Made by a program: the position numbers and the translations under genes
Shown: piece by piece, positions 57,314 to 64,000 of the stretch
Layout of the letters: every line of letters starts with the position of its first letter
How positions within the stretch are numbered: the stretch's first letter is position 1
Assembly (NCBI GenBank): GCA_039832695.1
Contig: JBDOMM010000038.1
Location: forward strand, 265 to 64,264
Direction of reading: 5' to 3'
Length of the DNA stretch: 64,000 nucleotides
From: Bacillus sp. (in: firmicutes)
GTDB taxonomy: Bacteria; Bacillota; Bacilli; Bacillales; Cytobacillaceae
Notes under the pieces: model-generated
What the model was told of the DNA's origin: nothing
The model's input: the letters and a program-made list of their open reading frames with translations, nothing else
Database searches by the model: none

Positions 57314-57381
57314 CGAATTGTATTATTTTGGATAAAAAAGAGACTGATCCCTAATTCATAAAGATCCAGTCTCTCCTATGT

Positions 57382-58563
57382 TTAATTTGTTATTGCCTGT
57401 TTTAAAAGAAATTGGTGGATTCTTTCTGCAGCGGTCGATAACCGGTCTGGCGGCTGTACCATAGCAATACGAACATACCCTTCCCCTAATTTTCCGAATG
57501 CATCACCTGGAATCACAGCCACACCGGCTTGATCAATTAATTCAAAGGCAAATTCTCGGGAGGTCCAGCCTGCGGGAATTTTAGTCCAAACGAACATCGT
57601 TGCAGGTGACTTTTCCACCTGCCAGCCACTTTTCCTTAGCCCAGATATTAATGTATCTCGACGGAATTCATATTCTTTTACCTGTTCACGAAGATATTGA
57701 AAGTCAGAGGTCAGTGCAGTTACCGCTGCCTTTTGGATTGGATAAAAAATTCCATAATCGATATGTGATTTTAATGAAGCAAGAATCTCTATTGCTTGCA
57801 CATTGCCAACCACATAACCAATTCGACAGCCAGCCATATTAAATGTTTTTGACAGTGAATTAAATTCAATTCCGACCTGTTTTGCTCCTGGAACCGACAT
57901 GAAACTAAGCTGGGGATTATCATCAAATATCAATTCTGAATAGGCAAAATCATGAACAACTAATATCCCATACTGCTTAGCGAAATCCACTACCTTTTCA
58001 AAAAACTCTCTATCTGCTAATGCAGTTACAGGGTTCCCAGGATAGCTGATGATCATCATTTTGGTTTTATGTAAAACTTCTACCGGAATTTCCTCCAGCT
58101 GGGGCAGGAACTTATTTTCAGCGACCAACGGCATAGGATAAATTATTCCACCTGCAATATTTACACTTGCCTCATATATCGGGTATCCAGGATCCGGAAC
58201 CAAAACATAATCTCCTGGATTAATAAATGCTGTAGCCAAATGTGCCAACCCATCCTGTGACCCCATTAACTGCAGGACTTCCTTTTCAGGGTTAAGATCA
58301 ACAGCATACCTTTGTTGATAAAAATAACTAACTGCTTCATGAAATTCTGGAATCCCTGTCAGAGTGTACCCATAGCGACTTGTGTCCTGAGCGGCCTCAA
58401 TCAATGTTTCCACAACAAACGATGGCGGCGGAAAATCAGGTGATCCTACACTTAAATCAATGACATCTTTCCCTCTTTTGATAGCTTCTTTTTTACGATT
58501 AGCTACTTCTTGAAAAATACTTGCTGACATTTTTTGTAGTTTTTCTGATGCAAAAAAATTCAT
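57382..58563 (-). CDS. Class I/II PLP aminotransferase (MtnE/DapL-like paralogue)
   Basis: DLSVGSPD, SYPGNP, HDFAY, SKTFNMAGCRIG. Confidence 0.88.
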   Translation of the reverse strand: MNFFASEKLQKMSASIFQEVANRKKEAIKRGKDVIDLSVGSPDFPPPSFVVETLIEAAQDTSRYGYTLTGIPEFHEAVSYFYQQRYAVDLNPEKEVLQLMGSQDGLAHLATAFINPGDYVLVPDPGYPIYEASVNIAGGIIYPMPLVAENKFLPQLEEIPVEVLHKTKMMIISYPGNPVTALADREFFEKVVDFAKQYGILVVHDFAYSELIFDDNPQLSFMSVPGAKQVGIEFNSLSKTFNMAGCRIGYVVGNVQAIEILASLKSHIDYGIFYPIQKAAVTALTSDFQYLREQVKEYEFRRDTLISGLRKSGWQVEKSPATMFVWTKIPAGWTSREFAFELIDQAGVAVIPGDAFGKLGEGYVRIAMVQPPDRLSTAAERIHQFLLKQAITN

Positions 58564-58727
58564 AGTTATTCCCCCCCGCAATCATTCCTGCAATAATATT
58601 GTTTATATTAACATAATTCAGATTATAACAGTCGAAGGATATGTATTCTATATTTCTAATTAACCATTGATTAATATCTATTCATAATTTAAGATTTGTA
58701 GATAGGTGAAAATTCAGAATAGTCTTT

Positions 58728-59387
58728 ATGATCATGGAGGTAACTGTATTGAAATTCTTTCAGTATTGTTTATTCTTTTTAGGGTTAACCTTTTTTGGCT
58801 TTGGCAACGCGATTGCGGTAAAAGTTAAATATCTTGGTCTACATCCGTGGGAAGTCCTAAATGTTGCTCTTTATGAACATTTTGGTTTGACTATTGGTAC
58901 ATGGGGTGTTGTCTGTGGTTTAATTCTAATCCTCGTTTCATTCTTCGTGGCTAGAAGCTATATCAATATTGGGACGATCTTAAATGCTTTGTGCATTGGC
59001 CCCATTATGGATTTTTTCCTTTGGTTGGATATTCTCCCGAAGGCAACACACACTTGGATTGATTACATTATTTTATTGGTTGCTATAGTTACAACCGGGA
59101 TTGGTGGTGGGATGTATGTGGCTGCAGGAATTGGTGCTGGCCCTCGTGATGGCTTTATGCTTTCCATTTCTGATAAAACAAGACTGTCTGTAAGCCAAGC
59201 AAGGATCATTGTAGAAAGCATGGTTTTAATTATAGGCTTTGTATTAAGCGGCCCGGTGTTTATTGCCACTTTTGTCTATACTTTTATTCAGAGTCCTGTT
59301 TTTCAACGTTCCTTAAAGCTGTTCCGTTCCTTGGTTGAAACTCTCAAAAAACGAAAAGACCATCAACCAGAAAGCATTATTCTTTAA
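58728..59387 (+). CDS. YczE/YyaS/YitT-family membrane protein
   Basis: LGLHPWEVL, GIGAGPRDGFML motifs. Confidence 0.85.
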   Translation: MIMEVTVLKFFQYCLFFLGLTFFGFGNAIAVKVKYLGLHPWEVLNVALYEHFGLTIGTWGVVCGLILILVSFFVARSYINIGTILNALCIGPIMDFFLWLDILPKATHTWIDYIILLVAIVTTGIGGGMYVAAGIGAGPRDGFMLSISDKTRLSVSQARIIVESMVLIIGFVLSGPVFIATFVYTFIQSPVFQRSLKLFRSLVETLKKRKDHQPESIIL

Positions 59388-59439
59388 CCACAAAAGGATC
59401 TCCACTCAACAAGAGGGAGGTCCTTTTAAATGGCTAGTA

Positions 59440-60624
59440 CTACGTTATATTTGAAGCATTTACCTTTTTTAGCCCCCTTAAAGAAAAACAGCTGACCAAA
59501 ATAATCAACGAAAATAAAAGGAATATATGGTTTACTCCAACTTTCGATATTAAAAAGCCTGTTGTCAATGCAGATGTAATTTTTACGATGGAGGCTAAGA
59601 TCGTTCTTAAACCAACAACTCTCCCTATATACTCTTTTGTTGAATTTAATTGAATTAGGGTTTGAGTAATAATTAGGTGGGACATTGTAAATAATCCGAG
59701 AACAAATATGAAAATTGCAGCTGTCATTTTAAAACTATTAAAATGTAATAAACCAGCTGTTGTTGCCATCCCCACCATGGTAATAACAAGCGACCATTGT
59801 TTATATCTTTTTAAAAAATAAGTAACAACAATTCCTGCGAGTATTCCCCCTACTGCAAAAGAAATATCAAATACCGAATATAATCCGCTGCCACCTTTAA
59901 ACACCCTTGCTAACGGTAAAAGGATGGTTGTGGTCATTTGGATACTAATACTATTTAAAATGGATAAAAAGAGGAGGTATCTCATTCCCTCCCGGTTCTT
60001 GATAAAATCCCATCCGGAAATCAGCTCTGAGTAGTATTGAATTTTACTCTGTTTCTTTTGTTTGGTATTGATCTCCTTCACCAAATAATAAAGAATTGCA
60101 GCTAATAGAAATGTCAGTGAGTTAATGAAGAAACTAAGGGCCAATGACAATTTTATCAGCAGCACTCCTGAAACAGCAGACCCTGTAATTAGTGCTCCTT
60201 CGTTAAGAGAAGAAGATTTGGAGATAACAAACGGAATATCTTTATCTTGGAATGATTCTTTTATAAAAGACTGCTCGGCAGGTTTGTAAATGGTGTAGCA
60301 GACAGCTAATAGAAACTGTAAAAAATAGATGAATAGCGTTGATTCAAAATGTAAAAGGATCAAAATTGACATGGTTAGTACAATGATGAAACGAAAGATG
60401 TCTGTCATGACGACAATCATTTTTGAATGATGATGATCAACATATACAGAAACAATTGGTGTTAATAGTATACTTGGCAAATAATATATGGCAATCATCA
60501 CACCTATTGAAAGTGCTTCACCTGTTAAATGATAGATATACCACATTATGGAAATTTGCTGAATGCCGTCTCCAAAGTTACTAATCATCGAACCCAGTAA
60601 ATAATATAATTTGTTATTTTTCAT
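59440..60624 (-). CDS. MFS transporter (MefA/H+ antiporter-like)
   Basis: SNFGD, VYVDHHHSKMIVVMTD, about 12 TM. Confidence 0.85.
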   Translation of the reverse strand: MKNNKLYYLLGSMISNFGDGIQQISIMWYIYHLTGEALSIGVMIAIYYLPSILLTPIVSVYVDHHHSKMIVVMTDIFRFIIVLTMSILILLHFESTLFIYFLQFLLAVCYTIYKPAEQSFIKESFQDKDIPFVISKSSSLNEGALITGSAVSGVLLIKLSLALSFFINSLTFLLAAILYYLVKEINTKQKKQSKIQYYSELISGWDFIKNREGMRYLLFLSILNSISIQMTTTILLPLARVFKGGSGLYSVFDISFAVGGILAGIVVTYFLKRYKQWSLVITMVGMATTAGLLHFNSFKMTAAIFIFVLGLFTMSHLIITQTLIQLNSTKEYIGRVVGLRTILASIVKITSALTTGFLISKVGVNHIFLLFSLIILVSCFSLRGLKKVNASNIT

Positions 60625-60805
60625 TTGGTATTCCCCCTTCCTTCGCCCGTTCTTATTGTAAGTATGAATGGCGATAAGGAAAATTACGGAATTTTTATTA
60701 CTTAACTTAAGAAAAACTTATTAGTCTAGTTTTAACCTTAGACAAATTACAAAAATGTAAAAAGCCGCTATCCATAAGGATAACGGCTGTAGTAAAGTCA
60801 ATGCG

Positions 60806-62287
60806 CTATAAAAATTCGACCTTTTCTAGTAGGTCTCCCCATGTGACTAGTGTTGGTGTTTTTTCACCGTTGAAGATCGGGTTTACAAAACTGAGTAGTT
60901 CCCCATGCTCAGAGCGAATTTCAAAGCGAATCCAGTTTACTTCTGATTTCTTTAGAGAAAATTGGTTTTGAATAATTTTTCCTTCAGCAATCTTGATATC
61001 TTTTACCGATTGACCATCTTTAATCCAATGAAGGGTCGCATTTACTGGGGTTTTCATGGGCATAATCTCGTACCAAACCTCGACCTCTTCCTTGTCACCA
61101 AAGCAATCTGTTAAATTACTCCCCGGAAAATAAGAGACTCCATCTACAATAATATTAATCATAAATTCTGGGCCTCTTGATACATACGCTCTGCCCCTTT
61201 TTACTCCATTTAATACAGACCTGGTTGTCAGGCCTTCACAATAAACGAATGTGGCAGGGTCCCCAATGACCGATGGAGGTCCCCCTTCCTCATACGACTC
61301 AGTAGGCAGTAAATGGGAATCGGAACCACCAATCCCATACATCCGATACCCATCATTCCATAATGTATTCCACAATATGAGTGCCTGTTCTGTCGCTTCC
61401 GGGTTATCCTTGTAGGTTGGGTCATTCCAAACTTCGATTACATCTATATCAGCTAACATAGTCTGACGATACTGCCACTCCCAAGGCTTTAGCATCGGAT
61501 GATTTATGCTGACAATGGCATCAGTTGCCTTGACCTCACGGATAATTCGGTTCATGCCTTCTTCTGTCTCCATACCGCCATCTGCACAAGATGGACGCCA
61601 ATCAACCCATTTCGTTAGACCGAGTGCATTAAAGTGTCCTTTTGAAGAAGTAATTTCCACACCTGGAATCACCATGATTTCATCATCAAGCCATTTTGTC
61701 GGCAGAATATTATGGTCGGTAGCAACAAAGAAATCTAAATTCATTTTTCTAGCTTGCTCCATCCCTTTTTCTGGTGTCATCTTTCCATCTGATTCCGTTG
61801 TATGTGTATGAAAATCCCCTTTATACCATCGTGTTTCTGTATTGAACAATTGATCTATTTGATAATCGTTTAAGAGAAAACCCTTAGCCATTCCGTCCTT
61901 CGACCAAGTTGAACCTTCCACACTATTTCCATCCTTTTGACCAAAACCGCCTACATAATCAACCGTATAATGGCGATTTTCAGAAGACGAAGGACTAAGA
62001 ATTTCTAGCGTCCAAGTTCCGGCGGCAAGTTTACCAGATACCGCTCCAAAGCATGTATTCTTAGGAAATTGCGAGAGCCATATAGTCTTAGGTTCATTAA
62101 TTACGAGCGATTGGGCCCTCAATTTTTGCTCAGAATCCCATAGTAAAATTGAATACCACCCTTTAACGGAAAAAGAAATAGTCAATTCAAGCCAGTCATA
62201 ATCAAACTCTAGTTCAAACGGTAAAGAGAAAGACGGTGCCTGTAACACACCGTCAATCTTTTTTGAGTACGAAGCAGTCAACGTCAA
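60806..62287 (-). CDS. PHP-domain metallohydrolase (CehA/McbA-like)
   Basis: GDFHTHTTESDG, ATDHN, GVEIT..KGH, NHP, GGSDSH. Confidence 0.85.
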   Translation of the reverse strand: MTLTASYSKKIDGVLQAPSFSLPFELEFDYDWLELTISFSVKGWYSILLWDSEQKLRAQSLVINEPKTIWLSQFPKNTCFGAVSGKLAAGTWTLEILSPSSSENRHYTVDYVGGFGQKDGNSVEGSTWSKDGMAKGFLLNDYQIDQLFNTETRWYKGDFHTHTTESDGKMTPEKGMEQARKMNLDFFVATDHNILPTKWLDDEIMVIPGVEITSSKGHFNALGLTKWVDWRPSCADGGMETEEGMNRIIREVKATDAIVSINHPMLKPWEWQYRQTMLADIDVIEVWNDPTYKDNPEATEQALILWNTLWNDGYRMYGIGGSDSHLLPTESYEEGGPPSVIGDPATFVYCEGLTTRSVLNGVKRGRAYVSRGPEFMINIIVDGVSYFPGSNLTDCFGDKEEVEVWYEIMPMKTPVNATLHWIKDGQSVKDIKIAEGKIIQNQFSLKKSEVNWIRFEIRSEHGELLSFVNPIFNGEKTPTLVTWGDLLEKVEFL

Positions 62288-62296
62288 TCCTCCTCT

Positions 62297-63598
62297 TTAT
62301 TTTTTCAATACTTTATCTAATGCCCTTTGTGCCTCTTTTTGAGCGTCCTTTAATGCTTCTTCTGCAGAAACACCTTCAATTTCTACTTTATCTGCAGCCT
62401 TTACTAATGCATCGTAAATTTTACCGCCAGTTGGATCAACAAATGGTGGTGTAGCGATTTGTGCCTGTTGTAAAGGAACATTGATTTGTGGATTCTTCTC
62501 AGCAAACTCTTTGTATGCTGGAACATCCTGTGCTGATTTTCTCACTGGAATATAACCAGAATTAATTGACCAATCTGCTGTGTTTTCAGCATTGGTGAAG
62601 AATTTTAACCACTTAAATGCTGCTTTCTTTTCTTTCTCAGATGCTAGAGCAGGAATTGCACCCATCTGCGCCCCTGCATGTGGAGCTGCTTCATGACCTT
62701 CCCAGCCCGGCTGTGGATATGCTGCTAAAATAGAGAAATCTAAATCTCCCTGGTCACCACTTGAACCAGTGTAACCTGCAGCACGCCCTTGCATTGCATC
62801 ATCGATTGTCTTATACCAATATTCCCAGCCCTGACCATCGTGATGGATTGTCATCGTCTTATCTTCTTGGATTCCTTTTCTGAAAAACTCCCATGCTTTT
62901 ACCCATTCTGGAGAATCGACTAACACCTTTTTCCCATCTTCACTTAAATATTTTGCACCATTACTAAGAGCTGCATCGATCATGTTATCTGGTCCCCACA
63001 TTGGTGCCCAACCATAGACCTCTGTCTTATCTCCACTTTTCTTTGTTAGTTGTTTTGTTACTTCTGCAAATGATTCCCAAGTCTTTAATTGTTCAGGAGC
63101 AATACCAGCCTTTTCAAACATATCCTTACGATAATAAAGAACTTGTGTTGTTCCATAAAGTGGTAATGCATACTGCTCTCCATTAATTGTTCCTTGTTGA
63201 TAAAAAGCATCAACAAAATCTTCTGGATGGAAGTCAGCATCCTCTTTTATGTATTTTGTGAGAGGCGCTAGAGTCCCTTTTTTCGCAAACGCATTCATTG
63301 GATCGTTTTTCAAAAGAACGGCAGCTGGAACCTTTTTAGCTGCAATAGCAGCTTGTAGCTTTTGTAGGGTTTCATCATACGATCCTTGGGCTACACCCTT
63401 AACTTTTACTTCGTTTTGGCTGGCATTAAATGCTTTAATTCTTTTTTCAACATTCTCACCAAGCTTACCACCTAATCCATACCAAAACTCAATTTCTACT
63501 GGTCCATTAGCAGATGACTTCTCTGAAGAACAGCCAGAAATCATCGAGACTAGTAATAAGACAATCAAACTAAATATTCCAATCTTTCTTGTAAACAT
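62297..63598 (-). CDS. CUT1 ABC substrate-binding lipoprotein (UgpB-like)
   Basis: Lipobox ISGC; IEFWYGLGG, YALP.Y..T..LYY.KD, NSGYIPVRKS. Confidence 0.88.
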   Translation of the reverse strand: MFTRKIGIFSLIVLLLVSMISGCSSEKSSANGPVEIEFWYGLGGKLGENVEKRIKAFNASQNEVKVKGVAQGSYDETLQKLQAAIAAKKVPAAVLLKNDPMNAFAKKGTLAPLTKYIKEDADFHPEDFVDAFYQQGTINGEQYALPLYGTTQVLYYRKDMFEKAGIAPEQLKTWESFAEVTKQLTKKSGDKTEVYGWAPMWGPDNMIDAALSNGAKYLSEDGKKVLVDSPEWVKAWEFFRKGIQEDKTMTIHHDGQGWEYWYKTIDDAMQGRAAGYTGSSGDQGDLDFSILAAYPQPGWEGHEAAPHAGAQMGAIPALASEKEKKAAFKWLKFFTNAENTADWSINSGYIPVRKSAQDVPAYKEFAEKNPQINVPLQQAQIATPPFVDPTGGKIYDALVKAADKVEIEGVSAEEALKDAQKEAQRALDKVLKK

Positions 63599-63613
63599 CT
63601 TTTTCTCCCCTTT

Positions 63614-64000
63614 TTATCCTTTTAACCCCTGATCGCTAATGCCAGAGATAATCCACTTTTGAACGAATATAAATAAAATCAGCAGCGGCAAGACAGCAAA
63701 GGTACTTGCAGCCATGATCAGTGGCCATTGTATTCCATAGGCACCTTCTTGAATAAAGAATTGCCTTAGCCCTGTAGTAATTAACATCTTGTTTTCACTT
63801 GTTGTAATTAATGTTGGCCATAGATAATTATTATAATTTTGGACAAAACTGATTAGCGCAAAGGTAATGAACGTTGCTTTCGTCGTTGGAAAAATAATCT
63901 TCCAAATAATAGTCCAGTGTGTTGCTCCATCTACCCTTGCCGCCTCAATTAATTCCTTTGGAACCTGGAGGAATGCCTGCCTGAACAGAAAAATCCCAAA
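63614..64000 (-). CDS. CUT1 ABC permease (UgpE-like), 5' part beyond the window edge
   Basis: Hand-translated FGIFLFRQAFLQVPKELIEAARVDGA (EAA loop) ... QKWIISGISDQGLKG*. Confidence 0.9.
   Translation of the reverse strand, partial: FGIFLFRQAFLQVPKELIEAARVDGATHWTIIWKIIFPTTKATFITFALISFVQNYNNYLWPTLITTSENKMLITTGLRQFFIQEGAYGIQWPLIMAASTFAVLPLLILFIFVQKWIISGISDQGLKG

Noticed and set aside
148-63632. Numerous 60-130 aa ORFs nested in or antisense to long genes (e.g. 148-414, 19351-19650, 33734-34042, 48348-48650, 63249-63632)
   Set aside because: Shadow ORFs with no RBS or recognisable motifs, fully overlapping well-supported genes
1-64000. rRNA, tRNA, prophage, IS transposase or defence genes
   Set aside because: No such motifs recognised in any ORF or intergenic region

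Overview
AT-rich chromosomal window from an endospore-forming Bacillaceae member. The gene style looks Neobacillus-like, but that is an inference. The backbone is syntenic with the B. subtilis mhqR-spo0E-mtnDBXW-mtnE-mtnU-mtnK ... sspD-rsgI-sigI region, with accessory modules inserted: (i) a hemerythrin gene, a 52-bp tandem hairpin array and a fixABCX operon, with no nif genes in the window; (ii) a two-gene 2-oxoacid:ferredoxin oxidoreductase (gamma-delta and alpha-beta fusions) behind an Fnr-type promoter; (iii) a LuxR-type regulator divergent from a DUF6230/DUF6114-like secreted/membrane operon; (iv) an atypical class IV PHA cluster (phaP-like, phaQ, alpha/beta hydrolase, phaC, phaR, second phasin-like gene) with no phaB/phaA/phaJ, directly preceded on the same strand by an acyl-CoA ligase and a bifunctional AdhE under a FadR-like operator, next to PEP carboxylase; (v) an MBL hydrolase-CPBP-TetR-SRPBCC module with duplicated operators; (vi) the end of a Ugp-like ABC/PHP hydrolase operon. 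Also present: two SAM-I riboswitches (one with a large P3 insertion), a 132-bp GC-rich inverted-repeat element and four microproteins missed by the ORF track. mtnA is absent from its usual position. No rRNA, tRNA, CRISPR-Cas, transposase or prophage genes were recognised. All family assignments come from motif recognition and recalled homologues, not from database searches.
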